Shown: in pieces, positions 1 to 11,800 of the stretch
Layout of the letters: each line of letters starts with the position of its first letter
Numbering within the stretch: the first letter of the stretch is position 1
Assembly (NCBI GenBank): GCA_900088475.1
Contig: FLMG01001021.1
Coordinates: forward strand, 1 to 64,000
Reading direction: 5' to 3'
Length of the DNA: 64,000 bases
Source of the DNA: Hyphochytrium catenoides
Taxonomy: Eukaryota; Protista; Hyphochytriomycota
Notes under the pieces: generated by a model
The model's database searches: none
Seen by the model: the letters and a program-made list of their open reading frames with translations, nothing else
What the model was told of the DNA's origin: nothing
Translations under genes and position numbers: made by a program

Positions 1-1859
1 CCGAGATCATCATGTTGTCTTCCTGCTATGATAATCTAATCTCAATCTTTTGAGCTTCTGCTTCCTATTGGCCAATCACCAAACTTCCTTATCTCTGGAA
101 GCAGGCTTATGTCTGGCCTGGCTGGCGTAAGGGACAGAAGTCTTAAATTGCAGTGACAGACCTGGCGATGATGACCATGGTTCTCGTCAGGCAGTTGTGT
201 CTCATGTTCCGTGCAATCATCTCCTACCACCGCCATATCAAAGTAAGAAGAAGAAAGGGGAAGAAGCCCTCCTTCGCTGGGATTAGGTTTGAGAAGAGAT
301 TGGATGTCAGCATTACCTGAAAGCAGCACTCACAAGTTTGATGACCAGGGCAGCATCACATTTGCTGGCATTCCCCTAAACAGATCCCGAGCATTAAGCT
401 ATTCATCACGCTCGTGGGGACTGCCTTTTACTACCTGGTTTGATACTATCACCCTGTTGTATCACCAGCGCCGGAATGTGAGCTCCTGTGCTCCTCTCTC
501 TTCCTTGCCCTTTGTATCGTGGTGTTGGTTGGGTCGTACGACGCAGAACAGGACATCGTTGGGTTGTCACTGTCTTTTGTTGGCTGATAAATTAGTGTAA
601 CAGCAAGGATGGCAGGGAGGAGCAGGAGGAAGAAGTGGCGTAATAAAAACAGAGAGGAATCATTGCTGGAGGTTTGGAAACGCTACAACGGGCAACTATT
701 AACCATAGGAAACTCAAGACAACTCGCTCATCATAGACATACAACCTGTTCGAGAGAAGAGGTCTAAGTTCCAATAGTCAACCAACCATCGCTCCTCCTT
801 ACTCCCCCCAAGCCCAGCCAAAGAAAGTCCTGCTTCTTGACCGTAAGGCAGGTAATCACCACAGAGAGTGAGAATGAGAAGAAGGTATCTTATTAAAGCT
901 GTGCGCCGGCCTTTCTACAGAGTGCGTCCCTTCAACAAAGAGTAACCACCAAGGAGCTGGTTATGGAAGAGGAAGGCAGAGCGGCCAGATCAACCGACAG
1001 CGGAAAGCGGAAAGCCGGGCGCCAGGTCAACCACCGTCAGTGCGACCTTTCAGAGCTCTTTCCACAGTTCATTATTACTCTGTTGTGATAGAAACGGAAG
1101 ACCCGACACTTTGCTGTAACGGCTCATCTTCCTTATTATTAGAGGGCACACTGAAGAGCTGTGAAGGTCTCCTCAGAGGGTATTCAATCAGACGAGGAGA
1201 GGTTATTGCGTGTGATGAGGGGAAGCGGGAGGGAAGGGGACAACGGCAAGACTGCGGCTGGGAGGCATCGATCACTTCTTAGTAGTTAGTTAGTAGAAGG
1301 TGTAGTAGGTGGTTTGGTCCGTTCTTTAGGAATCAGAGACATGTCGTCCTCCTCCTGCTGGTGATGGCAACCTCTTCTTCCTTCTTCTTCGTTGTGACAA
1401 AGGTGATCAGAAAGCTGGAGAGGAGCCTGTAGCTTCACTAGTAGAAGGACGACACTTGGTTCGAGTTCTCTCCTCGTAATATTATTGTCTTCCCTCCAGT
1501 CTTTTGTGCGTCGTCTTTCTCAAGCTTTCCATTGGACTATGATGATAATAGAAAGATTAGCTGCTATGGATTGAGCGACAGTTCAAGAGCTACACTCTTG
1601 CTCGGTCTCGTTAGGAAGACTCGGCAAACTTTCTCCGATTGTGGTTGACGCGACGATGATCAAGTTTGACTCCATAATACCGACTCTGCGGGTGCTGCGA
1701 GTTTGCTCATCAGTGCCTAAGAAGAGCTAGTGAAGAGCATCACTACTCTCAATAGTAGTATCTCGCATCCACTCATCAGAAGATGAGGCAGCGAAGTCCG
1801 TTACACTTGCCATCCAACAAGGATTGACGTAACGGGGTTCACTATTCACGATTGAGAGA

Positions 1860-2975
1860 CCCCAGATCACGATTGCTGACCGCGAGTGTTGATTTAGAAG
1901 ACCAAGGAAGTGTGAATCAATGCCAAGAGAGAAACGTGGAGACCTCTCGCTCATTGGGTACCATGCGTAGGCTTAGATGAGCCTGAACTATGTCCGTCCC
2001 ACAAGTCTTTTGCCTGCGACGAGCCACTACGTTGTCGAGCTTTCATGTCTAACTGCCTTTACATCAGTCAGGATTAGGATTGTGTAGAGACGGAGGAGCC
2101 ATGATGAGTAGCATCGACTCGACGTATTTGGCTCTTATGTAACAACTGATGACAACAGCGAACGAATGGAAACAAGTTGGTGAGGCTGGGTAGTAGGCAA
2201 GAGTGACAAAGTTTATTAGTTGTCGCAAACACGGGAAAGATCCGACTACTATCTGTTCAGCATCATCCCCTTGGCGCTCGGTACAACAAGATCGCCGTCC
2301 TCAGTTCGGCGCTGTCACCTCCTACGGCCGGGGGACTGATTGCTCTGAGAAGGTCTTGTCAGGCCCAAGAGTGCAGAGCATGACTCATAAGTGCATATTC
2401 ATGACGGAAACTGAGACTAGCATTGATGATGGTATACTGGTTGCCTTCGTATCACCTGCTCAAGGTCAGGTTTCTTGGCTCGAACACCGTCGTCAATATA
2501 GTAGCAGCTATGCCATCAAGATTGATAGTATGAAACCAGCATTCTGGTGAGTGTATTGAAGAAAAGAGGGCTACATGTGTTCCGCTCGAGCTTACTTGTA
2601 GCGTTTAGAGCCTCTCGGATCGCTTCCCGAGACTCGTCTCTCTCCTACGCTACTGGTAGGCACAGAGGAAGCCTTGGAAAGAACACTCTAGCGCAGCATG
2701 CAATAAACTGAAGTGCAGATCGTCTGGAAAATGTGAAGTGAGATTAGATTAGGGCAGTCGCACATCCCATCCCTATGTAGAACATGCAAGATCTAGACTA
2801 CTACTATCAGCTAAACATGCAAAGACAAGCCATCAAGAGTGGCGAGTGTGGACTACCACTCTAATAATAACGGACGTGACCTTTGGGGTGATGGAAACAT
2901 TCCCAACGTATCGATTGCTCCGCGTAGCCTCAGCTTTACTCCCGCAAACTCAGAGAGGGCAGTATTAGTTAATCA
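1860..2975 (+). mobile_element. Heavily decayed Ty1/copia-like retroelement relic (RT/RNase H region)
   Basis: Broken, frameshifted fragments in copia order: GY..GLD (~1957-1985), KCIF..IDDGILVA (2422-2445, YxDD-like) and GQVSWL..IKID. A purine run at 2952-2962 is followed by TATTAG, resembling a polypurine tract and 3' LTR start. Many stop codons. Confidence 0.35.
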
Positions 2976-4918
2976 GCTCTTGACCTCAACAGTTCATGCT
3001 GGATTAGCATGATGTCCGACTTGTGATTCCTTTGATCCCGAGGTGTTCACTAAGTGGCACCAAAGAGGTTGCTTCAGTGAGCTTGGTGGCAGCTTTTGGC
3101 ATGTTATCAAGAGGTATGTCTATTATGGCTGTAGTAGTAAGCATTGCAGTAGGGACTAGCTTGACTGCACAGCTGGCGGTGTCAAGTTCGACCTCAGTAC
3201 AACTCCCTCCCTTCTTTTGCGATTGAAAGTGCTCCTTCCTCCTTCCACCAATCAAGGTTCTTTCTTCCTGAAGAGCCATCGTCAAGGAGCGTACGAGAAG
3301 AAGCAACGGAGGGCGTGGTGAATACCTTAGTCCAAGAACGGCTAATCGCAGGTGCCAAGCCTCTCCAAACGAAGCTAACTTGTAGTCAGCTGAGAAGTTG
3401 AAGGTAGAAGCGAGAAAAAGGGTATTAGCCTGTTGTGAGGAGACGACCAACCAACTATCATTGTCCTCGTAGGGTCATTATTATTGTCACGCACCCCTGC
3501 TGCGCTGCATAGGTGTAGTCAGCTGTGCCTCCCCTCTCCGTTGCCACTGTGTCTAGGTTCTGGGCAGGCGGCAGAGGCCGAGGCGGACCGAGCATATCTG
3601 AGATTATTAGGAGCGAGCGAGGTCAGGCCCATCCTCTAACCGCGCCAAAAAACCTAATATACCCTGGATATATTTACCTTCAGCTGTGTACCCTTTTCTT
3701 TGCCGCCTTCCGACGGTTCTTCAGGCGACAGATGCTAACGCTGACCGGGCAACTTTGGGTTAGTGAAGTCAACCCCATTCTCTAAACGCGCCAAGGAAAG
3801 CAAATACTATCACACAGATACTTTACCATCTTTGACAATGGCCTTACAATTCATTGCTTCTTTGAGACTCATTTGAGATGACTGTTGCTGCTTCCTTAGC
3901 AATCAATGAATTGGGGAACGAAAGCTCCAAGTCTGTATGGACGTCGCACGTTGTCGGATGGTCATCATCATCTGCTCTACAGCATGTCCGGATTCCATCC
4001 TCCCTTCCTAGTGCTCAGCCCGTCATCTCGTTCTTTTTGACGTGGCAGGACACCTGGTGTAACTTCTCCTCGCACCTCTGTCCGTTGCTGCTCCTGGCCC
4101 ATGATGATCTGAGTGTACATTAGATCCTATGTTATGTTAAAATATTGCTTGTTATGTGTGGCGATGTTCGCCTCCGATAGGTTGATAGAATAAGAGAGAA
4201 GGAGGGTTAGAAGACAGCGTGAACAGACGAAGTCACCCTAAATGCAGAAGGAGTCACGAGGGCTGACTGCCATGTTCCTTACAGAACGACGGTTGGATGT
4301 CGAGAAGTAGACGTCTTCTCTGCTTTCTAATGTAAACATTCTGGCATAGCAGCCTTCTCATCACTCCGGAACAACCTCGTTGAATATGTGTTGATTTTTA
4401 GTGAGCTTCACCACCACAGGCTTGTAGACTTCTCTTCACCTGCCACAACGAATCTATTCTAAGTTTGGCCACAATCATAAGAAGCATTGATGTTATCTGC
4501 TAGTACTTCTTCGCTGGCTTCCCGATCCCATGCCAACGCTCAAAAATTCCGCGGAATGGTGGTCGGCCAACAACAAGCAAGAAGGAAGTACGAGAATCGC
4601 AGAGCCTTCACATAGCGAAGAATTCCACCATCAAGAGAGATGCTTCTGGGCGGGCGGCTCTTCAGCCTTTCAATGGTCACGATGGTCACGATAAACATTC
4701 AGGCATCTGGATATTTCTGTTCCACGTCAGAAGCACTCCTCCTAGGCTTCCCGATTGAGGTCACGAAAACGTTCATACTTGCACCTACAGGGGTAGGGCC
4801 ACCCCGCCCCAACCATAAGACGGTCAAGGCCGGCATCACTTATTCTCTACTCTAGAGCAGGATAAGCGATGAAGTGAGAATAGCTGTAGAAGGGATAAGA
4901 ATATCGCGCTTCATTTCT

Positions 4919-6926
4919 TTAAGAAGGAGCAACCTTCTTAGAACCAGTCAAATTTAAACGGTTGCTGGCTGGTAAATCATCGTCATTCTGGCTCTCGAAA
5001 GCAATTAGCTTCGTCTGAGCAACGCTGGTTGTCGACTGTGTTGCCTCTCCGCCACCATCCATTGCCACAGCCTCTCTACTGATACCCTGTCTTGTAAGAA
5101 AACGGTTGAAGGGATCAAGAAGCATCTGATAAACTTGCAGCTCCACTTTTTCGAAGAAGTCTTTGTCCACATTTTGCTCTGTCAAAGCCCGCAGTTTGTC
5201 TTTGATCACCGTTTTCAATGTCGAACTAATATTGATCTCCATTGAGGCGGCGGGGAGTAGATAAATCTCTCCTATCTGTTGAGCCAGCCTGAGCATTTCA
5301 GAGCTACTTCTTGCTTGTCTGAACTTGAGAACAGCGATAGCAAAGAGAATGTTTTCACCTATAAATAAGATGGTGATACTTGTTAGTCAAGAGCTCTTCT
5401 ATCACATAGAAGGAACTATGTTCTTATGCTCCTCTCTAGCGAACAACAAAGTGAGAGAAGCAACTGACAGAAAGGCGTACGATTGAGCGACCCAGAGACT
5501 TGCTGAACAAGGGCAATAATCGGGAGGACGTACAACAAAACTCCTTGATAAGATAGTCCTTAAACTGGATAATAACTGGTTCGTTCTTCGGATGGCTGAT
5601 GACCGTTCTGAGTTGGGAGATGCTCTTGATACTAAAGACAGCGCCAAGGTCTTCTCTCCTGCTTCCTAACTTGGAAGATGACTTTCTTGCGGCAAGCTGC
5701 CTCTTTTCCTCTTTGTATGTCAAATAGAGAGGGTAGAACCCACAGATAACCGTGTACCCGAAGTAGATGCAAGCAAAGAGTATCCTTTCCAGGTCTTGAA
5801 TAATAACCACACTGATGAACATGTTGATCACACGGAATGGTATACCCAGCAGGAAGACCAAGAGAGTCAATATTTTGAACTGCTTCTTGAGCTCGAACTC
5901 CTCCTCCACATGGCGGATAATGTAGCCAGTATATAGGATGATGCTGCAAACGATGAAGGGAGTCACGATTTGACTGTACACCTAGATTCAACAAAGGGGA
6001 CACCGACACAGGTCGTATCGTGGGAAAGGCGGCTGGTCAGGAGAAGGGTCGTGGGGCTTATGTCTACTGGCATTGGAGCAGGACACGGTAGGCCTCAAAT
6101 TAGCGGATAAGAAAGATTTTAGCCCTAAGCATGAGAAGAAAGGAAAACGAGCTAGGTACTCAAGCAGCACCTAATGGCACTTCATAAGAGGGCGAAAACG
6201 CAATAGGCTGAACGGATAGCCGACGACAGAGGAAAGATGGCCGATGACGGTTGACAGTGAGTCTTCATAAAGAGACTAACAACAAAGCGTCTGCTCTTCT
6301 GGTCTCCTGAGCATTCCCTCTTCCAACTCTGTCATCTCCCCTGGCCGGCTACCCATCTTAGCCTCAACTTGTTAGGATACTACTGCACTTACCGCTGCTG
6401 ACGACTTTCCCTGGCAAGTGGCTTCATCGACGTTATTGTCATAGTAATCCATCAACGTGGTTACAGGCGATTGGATGGCAACGACATACATCACCACGTA
6501 CATGCTGCAGGTATAGAGAAGCCCATTTCTCCTTTTCTTGGCGCTGCTAAGCCCTGCTGCACCTCCCTTTGCAGCTCCAGCGCCTGCAGCGTTCGCCTTA
6601 AGCTGTGCTGTCTGAGAGTAGTAGATATACCACAGGTGGACGAGCTGGACCTCAAACGCAGGGACAGCGGGGAAATAACCCAGGGAGCTAAGGAAAGCGG
6701 CATTGAGCCCATAACAGCCAGTGCCTATGAGCTTGTATATAAACTTGAAGAGGTAACTGTACACGGAGAGTGGGGCGCCGAGATGTGTCAAGATTGGCCA
6801 GATGACTGGAACGGCAGTGATCGGATAGATACTTCGACGGATATAGAACATCACGGCCACATAAAAACCTGAAATGGTGCTAATCAGGAACCAAACCAAA
6901 CAGAAATATTCGAAGGCGGTCGCCAT
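4919..6926 (-). CDS. 7-transmembrane RGS protein (7TM-RGS); exons 6926-6393, 5981-5534, 5358-4919
   Basis: Spliced product has seven hydrophobic segments, then the RGS signature FKDYLIKEFC|CENILF...IGEIYL...EINIS...FEKVELQVYQML.DPFNRF. Both introns are GT-AG and preserve frame. Confidence 0.9.
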
Positions 6927-8865
6927 AGTGAGGGGCGACAGGAAGAAAGGAGACCCTCACCGCCACCACGAAATCAGTGATCTTCGTGGACGGAAGGGCG
7001 GATGCTTTGCGGAACCAATGACTGTTCAAAGAGGGCCAAATGCAGGGAAAGCTAGAGATTTCCAGGGCATCCGAATTGAAAAAGAGGTATGCTGCTGGAG
7101 ATGATGCTTCTCGAACGCTGATATACCGCGTACTTGCAAGCGCTCAGAACGACTGACTGATATCGCTGAACATCCTCTAGATAGAGATCGATGGAACGAG
7201 ATGGAGGAGAAGAGAGAAGGATCAGGCCTGCGCTATGCACTTCTCATCCAAGTCCAAGTAAGTAGAAATGCCCTGTTTTCTTCTGTATTGCCGTGGCCCC
7301 TGTTGCTTCCCCTTCTTCTTCTTCTTCGATCGTCCTCGTCTTTGCTCTGAACCTTCTGTCTAAACGACGATGAAAGAGAGGAGGATCTGTTAACCTGGAC
7401 GCGACGGCGCTACTCCAGGGGCATAGGAAGAAGTGTTTGGTAGAGGACCATTTCCTCAGAGATAGTGGGGTGAGGTGAAGAAAAACAGAGAACCAAAAGT
7501 TAGTCTGGGAGGATTGCTAGACCCAAAGCCTAAGATGTGCTATGAGGTCTACAGGGCCAAGAAAAGCGGGGTCAACTCCTTGGAAGAAGAGCATGCGAAC
7601 AGATCCAGCAGCTGTTGGTCTGTGTGAATCAACTGCGCTGGAGGAGATGCCACAAACGCTTCCTCTATAGATAACAAGCCTCCATAAGCCAAACCTGGGC
7701 ACCTTGGTCAGCAGCACAGGCCAAGGCTCTTCCCTCTGTTGGTCTGAAGTACCCGGTGAACTGTTGGCCGGGCAGTGTGACTTCAGAGACAGTGATCACC
7801 TCATGATTGTAACGCCTCCCATCAGCGGGGCGGGTGGGAGGAGGGAGCAAGAGTTGTGGTAATAAACCGTATCTATTTTGGTCCTCAAAGGGCGTTTAGT
7901 GATATCGTCACTTAATCTTTCTCGCAAGAGGCTCGTGGGTGGGTGACGGTCGTTACATGTGTCCTTTCAAAAATGCTCAGACCCCAACTTGCGCTTCTTG
8001 GCGCGCTGTGCTTCGGGTTGGGTCAGGCTCTTTCCTTCTTCGCCTTTGACTCTTTTCCTCTCTTTTCTCTCTCGTAAAGGTAGCTCTGCAGACTTTGGTT
8101 TTGCACCTAATTAAACAGCCGCTCCAGGCAGGAGGCTTCATCTCATATAAAATAGAAGTCTCGGCCATCGTCACCCGTCATTTATCGTTGCTGGGTCTTG
8201 AGGCTAACCTAAGGGGGTTCCTGTAGCGGGATAGGAAAGGAGCAACATTAACATCTGACTTTCCAATCGCCGAGCACAGGTTGAGGAGAAGGCAGACAAA
8301 CTCTAATGATGTCTTCCTTCTCAGTGAATGGTGTCACATAAAGGCTGTGATGGTAATAACGAGCAAAGAATTGTCAATGAGGCCAGATAGACATAATATA
8401 GTTCCTGAGGAAAGTGATAGGCCTTGTTGCCCTACAATAGGGCGCGCTTAAAGCGCGAAATAAGATGCAAGGATACTACCCACACGATTGGCTTGCGCTA
8501 CTCTAAGAATACACCGAATCGAGGTGTTGAGCAAGGAGGTGACCTCGTATAGTGAAAGCTATCGGAATAGGGGTGTTCGGTTGATGAAGAGGTTCTTTAC
8601 AGCCCTCTCGACGATCTTTGCCTCAAAAGCTGGGGAGTTGGTCTTTGCCCATCATTAGCTGTCTTTTCTAATTTGCTGCATAAAGTCCGCAAGACTTCAT
8701 TTGATGAATAGCCACTTTGTCTCCCACCACGACGACAGAGAACAGGGTAGGTCAACGCCAACGAAGCACAGTGTTTTCTCATCGGATGCCACCCGATTTA
8801 GCTGATTCATGACAAAGAAGGGATCGCCTCCTCCAAAGAATTCCTACGTCGTCTTACGAACAGGC

Positions 8866-11800
8866 TTACTTCCAGCTTGTTCCAAAGGTAGCGAACTTCT
8901 TTGAGAACTCTTCTCCTAGAGCTGTAAACGCTGCAAGAAGATCCTCGTCTCCCCTTCCAAGATGGCCATTATCAGACATGTAAGGGCCGTCGAATTGCTG
9001 TTCGTCCTCTAGCTCAGATGCGAGACCATAGAATTGCCTCAACGCCACTACGATGGCCTTCAGTCCCAACTCAAAGTCCCTCAACGCCTGCCAGGCATCG
9101 CTCTCTCTTATAAGGTTGTCCTCAATGATCGTCCGTCGCTGGCCGTGTTTAAAATAGTCATGTATGTATGCGTTCACGCGGGTGCGATCTGCAGGGTCAT
9201 TTGCAACCATAGGTATGGCACTAACAACTAGAGAGGCACGTGAGTCCACATGTCTAGCCAAGTCGTCGAGAGATCGAAAAGAGTCACCTCGGGGGCAATT
9301 GACAGCGGAGAATGGACATTGCGCAACGTAGTCCACTTTACTCTGTCTCAAGAGCTCCTCAATTTTTGAAGATATAGGACCCGAACAGTTAAAGATGCTC
9401 TCCCCACTTGAGACATCAAAGGCAAAGGGCACACTGCTAAGCGGAAGATGACACAGATCCGTCTGGCTCCTAATGGTTTCCATGTGGCGGACGCATCGAG
9501 CTGTTAAGATCTGCCTAACCCGGCTATTTACGTCACCCAAACCTGCCACAACTTCGATCGGTAGGTCTTCTAGGATGATGCTGGAGCTCGAACGCGATGC
9601 TAGACTCTTCATGGGTGCGACTCTGTGTCTAGGAATAAGCTTCCGGTTGAATAGATGACAAAGGACCAATAGAAGATCTCTGAGACAGGTCATCCTCCTG
9701 TCTGGGTTCCTCCTCGTCGCCTCACAATACCCTCGGGTCATGTCATGGAATAACCCCAAACGAAAGAGCTCGCAAAAGGCCAAGTTCCCAGGCTCCTTAT
9801 AGTGCAGATGCATGACAAGCCCGGCCAAATTGATAGGAACGCCTTCGACATTCAGGACAGACAGATTACGAAGAATGTCTACTGCCGAGTCCAAAAAGAA
9901 ACCGAGAGTATCCGAATCCTTATTCGTTCCCGAACGGTACAGCGACTTCCACAGAAGGTTCGTTATGAGAGCATCAGGTTTCATGACACTGTGAGCACCC
10001 AGACGTCGGACGCTGCCGGGCATGTGTGGCAGATAGTTATATGCTCTCAGGTTAAAGAGGCGCAAGACGTGGGTAACGGAGAATGGAAAGCTCCCCTTAA
10101 TCTCAGGCAATTCGGAGCAAACAAGGCGGTCGATTTTAGCTGGAGGGACACCAATGAAGATCACATTGCCCTTCAGGTCGAAACCTCGCCTGCCTGCCCT
10201 GCCTGATGTCTGGTGGTATTGCCCAGGCGTCAAGAAGATGCTGTCGCCCGTCATGACTGCTGTGCGGCAGGGCATGTTTATACCCAAGGCCAGAGTACCG
10301 GTGGCAAAGACCACTTGCAAATGGCGCTTTCGCATGAGGACTTCAACTGCCGCTAAGTATTTCCGAGGCATGCCGGCGTGATGGATCCCGATGCCCCGCC
10401 GTAGAGCGTTATGCAGCAAGAAAGCAGTCGGCTTATCAAGCTGAGTCATAAACGGCTCACAAAGCTCGTTGAGTTCCTGCATATGGATAGCAGACTGACG
10501 TGGGGTAAAGGTGAACCTCATATCAGGATCGTTAGGATGGAAGCACTCCATCTCTGGGTCCACAGAAAAGGGCTCAGCATCATTCAAAGTTGCCTTTCCG
10601 GCATCTCTCTTTCCGTTCGGTGATTTAAGACGAGTAGCCTTCCTTTTCTCCCCGCCAGCAAGGGTTGCTGTTTCTCGCTGTTTCTTCAAATATCGTCGCT
10701 TTGCTGCTTGATAAGCCTCCCATCTGGCCACTTTGTCAGCCCACTGCGCGGACAGTCTAATTTTCTTTTCTTCCTTAGCCAATCTGGCCGTCATATAGCT
10801 CAGGAGGTTCCTGCATTGTAAGCGGTCAAAGTTGAAGCAGATGGCTGGGAGCATATCCTTTTCTTTCAGAGTCATCAACAAGTCGTAGACCTCGGACGGC
10901 TTGCATATGCCTTCCTCTTCCTTCCTCTCCCATTTATCCCGGCCCTCCCGGAGACGAGAAACTATACCATGGAACAAGTCTCGGTTTCCTGCATCAAGTA
11001 GTCGTCCTAAGAAAGACCTCAACCGACGCTCGTACATGTGGATGTCCAATCGATCTAAGATCCTATCGCCCAGGGCCTGACCAATATCTATCGTCTCTTC
11101 CTCAGGAATCTGGAGGCGACGCTCTAGGTCCTGCAGAGTATCCGGCTGCCCACTTTGGCGGGCGGTCGCGGACTGCTGCTGAAGAACAGCGTTAATTGCT
11201 TGAAATGCTTCATAACATTCTGCAGAGCTTAGTGTCACAGTGGTAGGAACTCGGTACTTAAATGGCGCAGCGGTTCCTAAAGCGGATACTGATGATAACC
11301 CTCCCAAAGCCGTTGAGGATGCTCTCATAGTGGCGATTGTCAAGCAGCCCCAAGGATGAATGGGGCGGAGAGTAGCTCCTTGCCAAAGCCCTTTTCCTTT
11401 CAAAGACTTGTCATCATGGGGACCAGCAAGCTGCGAACCGCTGTATACAAACTTCGCCAAGTCAGCGTGCCGATGGCGGCAGGGGATGTATTGGAGCTCG
11501 TCTGTTTCCTTATCCTCTTCCTTCAACCGCTTCCTAGCCAACCCATAGTACTGACGCTTGTTCTGTCGCTTCAAGCCCCCCAGCCATGAGCAGAAGGAGT
11601 CAGGATCGCCGAGAGTCGCGGAGAGGCATACGATCGGCACTGGGCACATGAGAATTAACCTTTCCCAAACGACGCCGCCTTCAAGAGAGCCCATAGATTG
11701 AATCTCGTCAAAAATAATCCGTCTGATGCTGTGCGTGAACTTCAGATGAGCTAGACAAGTGCCAGATAATAGGAGGATCTCTAGCATCTGCGGAACTGTG

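Noticed and set aside
3004-3450. 148 aa minus-strand ORF, and the short ORFs at 7517-7850
   Set aside because: Non-ATG starts and no recognisable domain; cannot be supported as genes.
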